Shown here piece after piece: positions 51,234 to 64,000 of a DNA stretch of 64,000 nt. Source of the DNA: Cycas panzhihuaensis (lineage: Eukaryota > Plantae > Cycadophyta); NCBI GenBank assembly GCA_023213395.1, contig CM041465.1, positions 231,515,741 to 231,579,740 on the forward strand, read 5' to 3'. The position numbers and the translations under genes were made by a program. The notes under the pieces were generated by a model. It did not search any database. It was given only the letters and a program-made list of their open reading frames with translations, and was not told the origin of the DNA. Within the stretch, counting starts at the first letter, position 1, and every line of letters begins with the position of its first letter.

Positions 51234-53391
51234 ATATCTTTTTGAAATGATTCTTTGTAATGACTTTTCCAACGACTTGACTCAGCTAATCCTTTGTTAA
51301 AAAAATACTTATTACTTAATACATTCGATACTTACATCTGACACTTTTTAACAAAATGTGTCCCAACACTTCTTCTTAAAAGTGTCGCATAATATTATCC
51401 AGATCTCGTTTGGTGTATTTTGTCCAGAAATAATTTCAGCAATCCAACAACCATAGGCTAATTTTCTTCAAGATGATCTTTGTCTTTTTCATCCATAGGT
51501 GTTATGGTCATTTTATCTTTGGTGATTCTCCATAATTGATTCACCATCATAGTGATTTCCATATTTGCTTTCAATTTGTGGAGGTTGTTTTCGTTAAAGA
51601 TCACCTGCAAGAACTTCTCCATTGTCATAATCTTATTGAATGATTGAGAAATAATCTCCTTTCAATGTTATGCTTTCCTTAGATGAGGTTATTTTCATAA
51701 TTATCTTGTCAAAAACATCAATTTTGACAACTTGAACACCTTTCAAATGTGGCCCACATGCTTGAAACGTGTTCCCTACACTTTTCACTGCCTTTATTTG
51801 TTGTTCCATGACCTCTACATTCACCAATGTGGCTGGAAAAGGCTTCAACAAGTTCTCATTCACCTTAAATGGCCTTTAAATGACATACACAACTTTCACA
51901 ATGTCTTATATGGACTTCAAACCACTTTCAAACTCTTTGAAATGCCTTCAACAATGCTCTAAACATCTCTAAACAATCTTCAAATGCTTTTCACTCCTTA
52001 TGACTTTGAGTGACTTTGGATTAATGCTTCTATAGCCTTTAAATTGCTTCTCATATAGCTTAAATAGCCCTCAAACACTGAGAACGACTTTCAAACTACC
52101 TCGAGAACTACTAAAATGAGTCATCCACTATTCTAATGACTCATCAACACTTCCGTAGCTTTAAATGCTATTTATGATTTTCCAATTTTGTTTTTGTTGC
52201 ACTTTTCACATTACTGAATGGCTTTGGATGACACCACACATCTTTAAATGCTACTCACATTTCACATGATGCTCCCACAGCTTCATGCTACTGCTCACAT
52301 TTCACATCGACACTCCACCAATTCAAAAAAATGAGCCGCTGCTCTTCGAAGGGTCTCATGCTACTCAATAGTTTTGTTGCATTGCTCTTCACTTCACATG
52401 ATGCTCAAAATGGTGAATAAACACTGACCAATCAATTTATATGCTCTGAAACAATCAATATGCATCAATAAATGAATTTCTCACCTTTTATTTTGAATTG
52501 AAAAAGGGAATATGCCCTTTTAGGGGTGGTTGCAACTTTCACAAACCCATGCAACCTTTCTAAAGGGATTGATTAATATAAGTGATAAACTAAGGTTTAT
52601 AACCTTAGTTAAATTTATCAAAAAATGTATTGTTGACTTTTGGAAAGGTCATGATTGTCACAAATGTCGCTCGATCTCCATGAACAATGCATGGCCACCA
52701 TGATCACGCCTAACACATCATTGCCCAGAAAAACAATCACCCACACTTGTTCTTAAGCCTCAAACACGACCGATGAGACCAAAAAGCAACTTTAAATGAC
52801 ATTGCTTTTGTGTTTTGTTTGTTTATCTCTTCAACTAACTTGGATTAAGATTACACATCTCTTAAGGTGAAGGAGTTCAGTTATCATTTACACTTTTGCC
52901 TAAGGACATAGAGATAGAAGAGGTAGTTAACAAATATTTGGATGGTTTTTGCTCACGTGAAGGAGAGAAAACTTGTGGGTGATTTTTGTTGTATAGGTGG
53001 TAGTGTATGGCAAAAACAAGGAGAGATATGAGAGATGTCACATCAATGCAAAATTACATTTTACATTTATGACGTTTAAGTGCTTGATTTGATCATTGCA
53101 TTTGAGATTTTACTAATTGAAATTATGTAGTGAATTTGTGATTAGGATGCAATAACTTACCTGAGTTATGGTTGCAAGATTATTGTGCTTTGTTAACATG
53201 ATTGGGATGCAAGTAATCATCCGAGGCAATATCCCTTTGTAAGGAGATGAACCCAATGTTGATTCCAAGCAAGGTGAAGACAGATTTCAACTCAAGTGTT
53301 GAAGAAGAAGGACAAGCACAAACAAGAAGCACACATAAAGTAACTTAAAAGGAAGACAAGTTGGTAATGTGATATAAACATTAAGAGGGAG

Positions 53392-53777
53392 TGTCAGAAT
53401 GTAATGTTTAATCTATGGTCAATTCATATGGACAATCCATGCTGTGGAAGTTTAATAATGTCTAGTGGTGATATTATTGTGGTGGAGTCCTTAGACGCTA
53501 GGCATTCTCTCAAAGTTGTGATAGATGTGGGCTACATTAATAGTTGTCAAAAATCTTATTTGATTGGTTATTGTTAAGGTTCTCATACATGATCTCATTA
53601 ATGTATAATTGATGCAACCTTATTGGTCATTAATGAGGTGAATTACTTCTATATAAGAGCATACCATATTCATTGTAACTCATGAAGACACCTAGTGCTT
53701 CCCCAATGGAACTTATCGTGGTCTCATCATGTACTTCATTGAACATCTTTAGTAATGAGATCTGTGAATGTTTTCTT
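53392..53777 (+). repeat. 3' LTR (truncated by K) of a copia-like element of the B/G/L type
   Basis: PPT TAAGAGGGAG then TGTCAGAATGTAATG, the same LTR start as B, G and L. Confidence 0.6.
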
Positions 53778-56700
53778 TGTTAAGGAGTATGAATGCATAT
53801 ATACATGTTTATATCTGCAGAATCTTTTACCATACACAATAAGCAAACGAGATATACACAGAATACAGATGCGTAGTACATAGGATTTACATGGGAAACA
53901 CTTTCAGGAAAAAACCCACCACAAAAGATCCTTGGATCACATTGATTATACTTGCTTGAATTGAATTGAATATACAAGGGCTCTAGGATATATATATTAT
54001 TTCAAGAGGTGTCACGTGGCAAGGGTTGTGACCCTTTGCATATTTCGCACCACTTCATTGATCACGATTAAGTCAAACTACACATTAACATTAACTAGTG
54101 GCTTAACAAATAATTGCTACATTAACACCCCACCTTAATATGAATGTGGGGAACCTGAAACCTGCAGCAGTTGTGTTATCACGAAGTTTGGGACTATCCT
54201 ACTACTTCTTTATCCTTGTTTATACATCCCCTCTCAAGGATAACATTTGTGGATCCTAATCTGGTACACATATTTGTGAATTGATCTTCAATAAGCGCTT
54301 TGGTGAAGACGTTCGCAAGTTGATATTCACTTGGATAATAGTCGACGTGCAACTTCCCTAACTTGATCTGTTCACTAATGTAGTGGTGCTATATCTCGAT
54401 GTGCTTCGTACGAGCATGAAACCCTAGATTATTTAATAAGCGAATGATACTCTGATTATCGATAAAAATAATCTAATGTCCATTTGAAAGTCCAAGAACT
54501 TCCAAGAGACCTTGCAACCATACAGGTTCCTTTGCACCAGCACCGAGTCTTTGATATTTTGCCTCTGTAAACGATGGCACCATAGTTTGTTGCTTTTTTG
54601 ACTACCACAAAACAAATCCATTACTGACACCAAAGACATATTCAACAATGGACTTTCGATTGTCAGAGTCTCCTCCCCATTCAACATTAGTGTAGCCATA
54701 CAACTTTATCTCTTCGCCACGACGGTATTCGAGACCAAGATTGAGTGTCCCCTTCAAGTACTTCATAATCCGCTTTGCGGCAACCCAATGTGGTTCTTGA
54801 GAATTTTGCATATATCGGGAAACCAATCCAACAACATAGGCGATATGTGGTTTGGTATGAGTTAAATAGATCAAACTCCCTACCAACTACCGGTACTTCA
54901 TTCCATCTATAGGGGGTTTGGCCATATCTTTCTGCAATCTTGCGCCCTTAACACATGGTGTTAAGAATCAAACTTCTCAATATGTGAAGAAGAATTGTTC
55001 TTATCATTATCAATAGAGGTAGACCTCCTTTATATACATAAGACTTTGTAATTGTTACATGGTTATTACATTAACTCAGTGACTTAAGTGTAATGAGGGT
55101 CTAATCACATTGCCCCTCTTCTTTAATGTTCCTAAGATAAAACATTACACTCCAACACCCTCTCTTAATGTTTTATTCTCTTTAGACCAATTTTTCTCTA
55201 AGAGTCTAAAATTTGTCTCTGCCAAGAGATTTTGTTAAGACATCTGCAACGTGATCTGCTGTTGGACAATATGTTAGATCAATTTCTTTACTTTGCACCT
55301 TTTCCTGGATGAAGTGATGATGCACTTCTATGTGCTTTGTTCAGGTGTGCAAAATAGGATTCTTGGTCAACTTTGTTACACTTTGATTATCACAAAACAA
55401 CATTGTTGGTTTTTGTTGCAGTTGGTTTATGTCTCTTAGCAGTTATCTAAGCGAGAGAGCTTCGTAGGTTGCACTGATAGATGACTTGTGTTTTGCTTTG
55501 GTTGATGAGAGAACCATAGTTGGTTGCTTTTTGCTGTACCAAGTAATCGTAGCTGAGCCCAAGAGGAAACAATATCCGCTAGTGGCTCTTCTAGTGTCTT
55601 TATCTCCGCCTAGTCATAGTCGTAATACCTAATCAATTGAGCTAACTTCTCTTTGTTATATACCAGTTTTAGATTTGTCGTGCCTTTTAGGTATCTGAGT
55701 ATCCTTTTTGTTGCCTTCCAATGCTTCAATTTTGGCTCCTGCATGTGTTTGGAAACCAGGCCTACTGAGTGTGAGATGTAAGGTCTTGTGGATGTGAGAT
55801 AAATAAGATTTTCGATCAACTGTCTATAGAGAGTGCAATCAATTGAAGGCTCTCCTTTATTTAGGGCTATATTATAGTTTACTTCCATAGGAGTTGCACA
55901 TTCATTACAGTTCTCCATTTGGAATTTAGCTAGCAAATCTCTGATGAATTGGCCTTGTGAGAGTGCAATAGATTTTTCATTTTGTTCAATTTCTATTCCG
56001 AGATAGTAGTTTAAAGATCCCAAATCTGTCATTTCAAAATCCTTTTCTAACTGACCTTTTATATTTGAGATGGACTTGGTGTCGTCTCCGGTGAGAATCA
56101 TGTCATCAACATAGACAACTATAATTGAAAAAATTCTATCATTTCCTTTTATATAGAGACTAGAATCAGAGATGCCCCTTTGGAAGCCACTTTGAGACAG
56201 ATGTTTGTCTAATTTAGCATACCAAGCTCTGATGGCCTGTTTCAATCCGTATAGTGCCTTTTTAAGTTTACATATTAGATGTTCTTGTCCTGTCTGGACG
56301 TCGTATCCTTTTGGTTGCCAAATGTAGACTTTTCCTTGAGTTGCCCATTTAGAAAGGCACTTTTATCATCAAGTTTGTAAATTTTCCAATTATTTTGGGC
56401 CACCAATGCTATCACTATTCGGTCTGTGTTCATTTTTGCTACTGGTGAGAATGTCTTGTCGAAATCAATTCCAACGGTTTGAGTGTATCACTTTGCCACG
56501 AGTCTTGCTTTGAATTTTCCTATTTTTCCATCTGTGCCCTCTTTTACTTTGTACACCCACTTGCAATTGACTACTGGCTTATTTGGAGGCAATCCTACGA
56601 GGTCCTAGGTTTGATTTTTTGGAATCTCATACATTTCTACATCCATGGCTATTCTCCATTCTGCATGCTCCTTTTCTTCTTCAAACGATTGTGGCTGTAG

Positions 56701-59700
56701 TCTGCTGAAGAGTGCATGATGTTGCTGACTTCTGGTCCTTTGTGTGAATATATTTCCTTTTCCTTCTTCTATGATTTTAATGTACCATTTTGCCACCTTT
56801 TTCTGTTTCATTGGTGCTTCAGAAGTTGATTCCTCTGATGAAGGTTCTTCTTTAGTGCGAGGAGTAGATTTAGAGTCTTCGAACTCAATTTTTATGATTC
56901 TTCGGCAGGCTATTCTTCCAGAGGTTCAACTCTAGGTACTTCTTCAATTGTTTGTACCAAAGTTTTCACCTTAGAAGGGATTTCTTCATTAAAGACTACA
57001 TCCCTACTTGCATAAATTTTATTAGTCTTAGGATCTATGCATTTATATCCTTTTGAATTTTTACTGTATCCAACCATGACACATTATACATTTTGAATCT
57101 AATTTTGTTTTGTTTTTATCAGGAATATGCACAAAGGCCTGTCCACCAAAGATTTTTAGGTTACTTACATCAGGTTTCCTTCCAATCCAGGCTTCTTCAG
57201 GTGTTATCTGCTGCAGTGCTTCAATTGATTAGATAGCAAGCTGTACTTACTGCCTCTGCCCAGTAAGTTCTTGAGACTTGTTTTTCATGAATCATGCTTC
57301 GAGCCATTTCCATTATGGTTCTATTGTTTCGTTCAGCTACACCGTTTCACTGGGGTGTATAGGGGGTTGTGAACTGTCTTCGAATGCCTCTGATTTTGTA
57401 GAAGTCTAGAAATTCTTTTGGGATATATTCCCCTCCATTGTTAGACCGGATACATTTAATTTTACATCTTGATTCTAATTCTACCTCAACTTTGAATTCT
57501 TCGAATGTATTGAATACATCTGATTTATCATGGATAAAATACACCCACATTTTCCTAGTGAAGTCATCAATGAAGGTTAAGAAGTATCTAGAACTATTTA
57601 CAGACAGAGGTGTCAGAGGACCACATAAGTTTGTGTGTACTAGTTCTAGTTTCTCTTGAGCACACCATTCAATGGTTCTGAAAGGAAAATGGTGTTGTTT
57701 TCCATGTTGACAACCTTTGCAAACAAAACGCTCTAATGAAATAGAAGGAAGGCCATTTACTACATTGTTCTTTTTCATCATTTCTAATTTATCCATGGAA
57801 AGGTGTTCATACTTCAAATTCCATACTTTATTATTATTGAGATTTACAACAGAGAATGCTTTTACATCTATATTTGGATCAACAAGAATGGACAGTAATT
57901 TGTACAGATCGGTGTACTTCACCCCCTTAGCAATGACTGTGCCCCCATTTTTCTTGTCTAACACATAATACATGCCTTTTTCGTCAGAAATGGTCCTCAA
58001 GCCTTTGTTGCTTAGTTTAGATACTAACAGGAGGTTCATCTTGAGTTCAGGTATAAAGAGTACATTACCGATTTTCTTTATAGAGCCTTGCAGATTTATA
58101 GTAATAGTTCCTACCTCTTTAATGCTTAAAGGGTACTTATCTCCCAGCTCGACAACTTTTGAGGAATATGTTTTGATTGACTTGAACCAATCCTTTCTGT
58201 TCGTCATATGCCGTGATGCTCCTGAGTCAATGAACCATACATTTGAGTCATGAAGGCTTGTTGATAGGCTTCAACGAAAGCAATTTCTTCTTCCTCTTCC
58301 TCTAGTTGTTTTTTGCTATAGTTTCCGACTGGTCTTTTCCCTCTTTGAATCTCTTCTCTTCGCTGGTGTCATTGATATGGATAGTGTCCTGACTGTCCGC
58401 AGTGATAACAAACATCAAACATTCAACATTAGCTTGAAAAGTGACTGGGTTTACCATAGTTGAAACAGACCTGAGCGTCTCTTGGAGGGTATATGCGATT
58501 GTGACCCCTGTTGTCTGACCATCATCCATGAGAAGGAGTTCTGGAACCGTCTTCCTCCTTTCGAGCCCCCTATGTTCAATTTTGTTACAAAAGCATCTTC
58601 AATTTCATCTTCATACCTTTTGTTCCTTTGTTCCTGTCTCAATAGCATACCAATCAGTTCATCAAGTCACATTTCTTCAATTATACCAGTGTTGGTTATT
58701 GGATTAACGGTTACATCAAAAGCCCTGGGAAGTTTTCCTGTTACCATTTCAATGATTTTTTTTTCTGAGATGATTGCACCAGTACTAAGAAGCTCATTCC
58801 AGATTGTAGTAACCTTGTGAATGATGTCTGCTATAGTGTCTGTTTCTTTCATAACCAATTTAAACAGTTCCTCCTTTAAGGTAATGACCCTTGCTCTATT
58901 CTTTTGGGCATAGAGATTTTTAAGGGCTTTCCAAATTTGAGAGTAAGAATTTGATTTATCAGTGTATATCAACAAATGATCAGAAACAAACACTTTTAAG
59001 GTTATTACTCCTATGTTATTCCTCTCTTTCCATTTTTTTTGAGCATCACCCTTAGGTTCAGGCATTGTTTCTTCACTAATTGTCAATTCTCAGGCATTTT
59101 TTGTCTACAACAGGGCTTCCATTTTGATTCTCCACACATGATAGTTGTTTCTGGTCAATTTATCTGTGTCATTGAGGCCTAAAATTGAAGATGCCATGAT
59201 CAAACTGGTTGGGTATAGATTTGAGAAGCCAGGCAGAGGTAAAATATGAATATTAGAGGGACTAAAGTCTAAGAATATAGTCAGACCGTACGGTTGTACA
59301 GATTTCTGTAAAAAAATGAAAGCGTACATATCGAGAAGAAAGATACCCTAAATTAAAGGTCTCTTCGAGAGGAGTTCAAATCTGCAATTATTTTTCGGAA
59401 ACAACTTTTCTTCAAGGAGAAAACATGCCTGAAAAGAAAAAACCAGTGGCTAGGGTTTTGAGGAAAAATGCTAAAAAATTCTTAGATTTGTAGTGAAACC
59501 CCACGAAATTGGTCTTAATATTTTTGTAATGCAGTAATATAGAGACTGGGAGTGATTTTACCTAGTAATTTGAGAGATTTTTCCAAAAAAATGGCCAAAC
59601 CCATGCGCACTAAAAAAGGGGGTAAAACTACCCCATAATGGCTTCAAATGACTTTGATCCAGTTAGGAAAGAGGATGCCCTCATCGAGATCTATCTTCTG

Positions 59701-62700
59701 CCCAAGTTTCGTTCGATTTTGACAACTTTAAAAAAATTTTGTCCGTACAGGTTTGTATAGTAGAAATTTGCAGTTTCTTTCTCTTTTGGTCTCTTTAATC
59801 TTTCTATGTGATGATTGAATTGATCCCCAACTTTTAAAAAGTGCAGTTGATCTTCAAAAGTTCCAATCACCACAAAGATCTTCAGACAAATTTCTTCAGA
59901 TGGTCAGAGTCCCAGCTTTGATACCATGTTAAGAATCAAACTTCTCAATATGTGAAGAAGAATTGTTCTTATCATTATCAATGGAGGGAGACCTTCTTTA
60001 TACACATAAGACTTCATAACCATTACATGGTTATTACATTAACTATGTGACTTAAGTGTAATGAGGGTCTAATCACATTGCCCCTCGTCTTTAATGTTCC
60101 TAAGATAAAATATTACACTCCCAACACATGGTGTTACAACCGGTTTGTAATTCTGCATCCCAAACTTCTCCAGTAGGTCCTTCACGTATTGTGTTTGCAA
60201 TAATATGATCCGGTCTTCCATTTGCCTGACTTGAATACCCAAGAAATAGTGAAGTCTCCCAAGGTCTATCATGTCACAGGTAGCTCCTAAATTGGACTTG
60301 ACTCCTACAATAGTGTTATTACAGTTGTCTTCGATGAGCAAATCATCCACGTACAACACAATAGCTACTATTAAGGTCTCACTCCTTGTCACATACAGAT
60401 TCAGGTCGAGATTTGAAACAACGAATCCTTCAACTTTCAACTTGGCATCGATCTTCTCATACCAAGCATGGGGTGCTTGTTTCAAGCCATAAAGTGATTT
60501 CTTCAATCTGCATACAAGATGCTCCTAGCCTTCCTTAATGAATCCTAGAGGCTACGACATGTGAATCTCTTCCTTTAGATCTCCATTAAGAAACGTGGAC
60601 TTGACGTTCATCTGGTGTAACTCCCAACCATAAGCAACTGCTAAGGAAATGATCAAATAGACCATTGTTATTTAGAAGATTGGTGCAAATGTCTCCTCAT
60701 AATCAATTCCTTCTTTTTGTTTAAACCCTTGAGTGACAAGCCTGTACTTGTCCACGTTTCCATCAAAGCGAAACTTAGTCTTGTAGACGCACTTGCATCC
60801 AATAAGGCTCTTCGTCGGAGGGAGCAGAACCAAATCGCATGTGTCATTCTTTATGAACAAACCATACTCCTCTTTGATCGTCACTATCCATCGTGGATCT
60901 TCTTTTGCTTCATCATACAATTCTGGGCCACTGGAGTTGTTGGTTTCTACTAGTAGAGTTCAACTAGCATGTTGACTTCTTGTTCTTTTCTCATCAACAA
61001 AGGTATGCATTGCCACTCCGGATTCTTCAATCGTCTTCCTTGCCCATAGCAATATAGGACCTAGTGAAGGGGTGTTTCTTCATGTGGTGGCTCCTCACTA
61101 TTACTCACTCCACTCAGCCCAACTTCCTCATGAATTCCAGTCACCGTCTCACCATCCTATTCACCTGATGAATATGGAAATGTAAGTAGTGGGGCATAAA
61201 ATGGCACTTTTAATGATTTTTCAGCATAATACGTCGATAAGTCATCAAATTTGACATTCTGACTAATCACAATCTTTTTCCCCTGCGGATCTCACAATCT
61301 GTAAGCTTTATTTTGATCTGAATGCCCCACAAAAATACACTTCAGACTCTTTTGATCTAGCTTCTCTCGATTGTCATCTGGGATGTGTGCATATCTAATG
61401 CACCCAAATGTCATTAAATGGCTAATGACAAGTTTACAACAGGTCCATTTTACTTCGGTGGTCATTCTACGAACTGCCTGAATGGATACCCGGTTTATAG
61501 TGTAAACAATAGTTGTCACAACCTATGCCCTAAACATCGGTGGCAAGTTTTTAGAGTGCACCATACACTTTGCCATCTCCATCATGGTACGATTTTTCCT
61601 TTCTACAACACCGTTTTGTTGTGGGGTATACAGGACATTAAATTCCTGTTTTATACCATGATCCCGGTAGAGCTGATTAAATGAATGATTGTCGTATTCC
61701 TTGCCATTATCACTTCTCACTTAATCTTCTCTTCACTTTCATTCTCTACATTCACTTTCCAGTCACGAAAACGATCAAACACATATGACTTATTCTTCAG
61801 GAAGTATACCCAAGCCTTTTTGGTATGATCGTTCACAAACACTAAGGTGTATCGGACTCCTGATATTGAAAGGTTTGGGAGTGGACCGATCACATTTGTA
61901 TGCACAAGCTCTAGCTTCTCCTTGGCTCTCTAGGCATTATCTCGAGCAAAAGGATAGCGATGATGCTTCTCATACATGCACCCTTTAGAAACACCGTCTG
62001 AGCATAAAACAGATGGTAATCCTTCCACCATCTTCAACCTCTTCAGCAGTGCAATGCTCCTGTAATTAAGGTGGCCTAGGCGATCATGCCACAGTTTGCT
62101 CACATCATCTGCGCTGGCAACAAAGGCGTAAGACTTCTTCTGAGATTGAAACTTTTCAAACACCGAAATGTTATCTCTGACCTTCCCAGTAGCAATGACA
62201 AAGAAAATTTTCTTTGGATCCTTAATTAGGCATCTATCATGATAAAGCTCCACCTTCATTCCTTGTTTGCAAATTTCTCAGGCCAAAAGCAACTTCAATT
62301 ACATCTTGGGTACATAATATACCCCTGTAAACTTACCACATGTTAAAGAAACTTTGCCAACACCTTCCACAAGCAACATGTGAGCAGCTCCAAGGATGAT
62401 CTTTGCATCACTATTATTTTCACTCCATGCATCAAAGTTATGCTTCTAGAAGGGGATATGCTTCTGCGTTCTAGAGTCCAAAATCCAATAGTCTACTCGA
62501 TTTGACTTGGCTAACAAGGTTGTCACTCTGACGCAATGTGCTGCAATGCTCTTCCCTTTGTCATCCTGGCTAACTTTGCATTTGTCATGTCTGTTGAACC
62601 AACAATTCTTTTCTTTGTGGCCTTCCTTCTTGCAGTAGTTGTATTTTCCATTGAATTTCTTCTTCTCCCAAGAGTCTTCCTCAGACTTATGTGTGAACTT

Positions 62701-63017
62701 CTCCTCCTAAATGACCTCTCTCCTTTGCATCTTCATGACTAAGGCCTGGCTTGACTCAAAACCTCCAAGCATCCCATGAAGTTTTAACTTGGCATCCTTT
62801 GCTAGAATAAGATTCTTGATGCCATCAAAGGTTTCTGCCTCCATCACTTCATCTCTACCATCAATGCTTTGAAAAGTGGCAAAAGTAGCTGGCAACTTCG
62901 ACATGATTATTGCAAACAAGAGCTCAAATTTGTGTCTCAAGTCAGTGATTTAATTCAGGTAGGAACTAATATTGGTTTCATCTCCTTCAAGTTGATTTAA
63001 GGTCTTGAAGTTAGTAG
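53778..63017 (-). mobile_element. Ty1/copia element K, split by L and by M
   Basis: 3' LTR 53778-54127 with PPT; RNase H 54230-54950 rejoins RT at 60127 across TSD CATGG; [19 protein letters not shown]; RSDNGKEY; WILDS; gag to 63017. Confidence 0.88.
54959..60126 (-). mobile_element. Ty1/copia element L (B/G lineage), full length, degenerate
   Basis: LTRs 54959-55157 / 59927-60126; TSD CATGG; PBS TGGTATCAAAGC; PPT TAAGAGAGGG; gag MASSILGLNDTDKLTRNNYHVWRIK; WFIDSGASRHMT; VYVDDMI. Confidence 0.95.
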
Positions 63018-64000
63018 TGTTAGAATGGGCCAAATGGCCTCATAGGTCCAAGATCATTAACAAAGCACAATAAGCATACATAAACACAAAGAGAAAGAGG
63101 AGCAAGATAATGATACCAAAAGTGTGGTGTTGGAATTGGTCCAACCACCAAAGAATGCTCAGCTTGATTAGCAACCGGCGAATAACAAGAAGCTCCAACT
63201 CTTGAATGAGCAACAATGAAGAGAGGCCTCATTAAATAGAGGGAGATGAGAGGCCAAAGGCTATTGCATGATTGACAAGTGTCAATCATGCAATGCATGC
63301 TTGCATGTAGGACAAGTGTTCATTGGGAGCTCTTGTGAGCAAAAGTGCAAGGGGGTCATTTGACCCTCAAGTGACATAAGTGACAACGTTATGTCACTAG
63401 ACATAAAGTGGGTGTGTACTTTCACTTAAGTGATAAAGTCACCCGTAAAGTACAAAAGTGCACATAATACATAAACATAAAGTACATAAAGCTTAACATG
63501 TAAACATAAGGTAAACCTAAGGTTTAACACCCCCCCTTATTGTTTACAATGTTAAGTCGGACCCCTAGACCATCTCTAAATTTTACAAATTTCTCTCTAC
63601 CAAGTGGCTTGGTAAAGATGTCTGCTGTTTGCTGCTCTGTTGGTCGATCTTGGACCGATCTCACCACTGTGTACATGCTCTCTGATGAAATGGTGGTGAA
63701 CTTCAATATGCTTGGTCCGTGCATGAAAGACGGGATTCTTAGTCAGCTTGAGCACACTCTGATTTTCGCAATGAATGTTAGTAGGCTGATCTTGCTCAAG
63801 TCCAAGTTCCCCAAGAATCCGTCGTAGCGGATAGCCTCCTCGCAAGTTGCGCTTGATCGCAACTTTGTACTACCTTGATGGAGGACAAGGTAACATTTGG
63901 TTGCTTCTTGCAACTCCATGAAACAGCTGCTGAACCAAGGGTAAAACTGTAACCCGAGGTTGATCTCCTGCTATCCTGGCATCCTGCCCAATTAGAATCG
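63018..64000 (-). mobile_element. Ty1/copia element M: 3' LTR (63018-63529), PPT and RNase H; continues beyond the window
   Basis: TG..CA LTR next to CCCCCCCCTT; DSNWAG, NPVFHARTKHIEVHHHFIRE, QTADIFTKPL. Confidence 0.88.

Larger units (their letters stand above)
37794..51368 (-). mobile_element. Ty3/gypsy non-chromovirus element E, full length, old, with chromovirus I in its 5' LTR
   Basis: 3' LTR 37794-38238; 5' LTR 46400-46714 + 51234-51368; TSD CTTCT; PPT AAAAGGGGGGATAGA; degenerate tRNA-Asp-type PBS (TGACGTTATTGCC vs TGGCGCCGTTGCC). Confidence 0.92.
37104..51630 (-). mobile_element. copia-type gag element J (gag only recognisable), split by E
   Basis: gag N-terminus 51374-51630 continues across TSD CTTCT into 37793 (ELLFAIIMSRLPGSF, similar to K gag ELLFAIIMSKLPATF); degenerate knuckle ~37340-37375; no pol motifs downstream. 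Confidence 0.6.

Noticed and set aside
60069-60506. 145-aa ORF with a novel C-terminus
   Set aside because: It is K's RT reading through the insertion junction into L's LTR

Overview
This is AT-rich plant nuclear DNA made almost entirely of nested LTR retrotransposons. I found no host gene, RNA gene or CRISPR array. The element types suggest a non-flowering vascular plant (fern, lycophyte or gymnosperm), but that is only an inference. About 12 elements can be traced by hand. Three are non-chromovirus Ty3/gypsy elements (Athila/Phygy/Selgy-like): A (1-~6702, +), C (11859-22309, -, TSD GCCAT, young and near-intact) and E (37794-51368, -, TSD CTTCT). One chromovirus, I (46715-51233, +), sits inside E's 5' LTR. 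Three related short-LTR Ty1/copia elements are B (8091-23770, +), G (29103-34297, -) and L (54959-60126, -). Older or partial copia elements are D, F, J, K and M. The most notable pattern is a 3' module shared by the three gypsy elements: pol, an A-rich tract, a repeat-rich spacer, then a homologous plant-mobile-domain (PMD)-like accessory ORF. In A and C, the spacer and the LTR are both loaded with one element-specific palindromic word (GTTGCAAC in A, CGTAC/GTACG in C). This suggests a paired accessory protein and cis-motif system. C, and apparently A, also carries extra capsid-like domains inside Pol, between protease and RT. All coordinates and counts are by eye; no database search was run.
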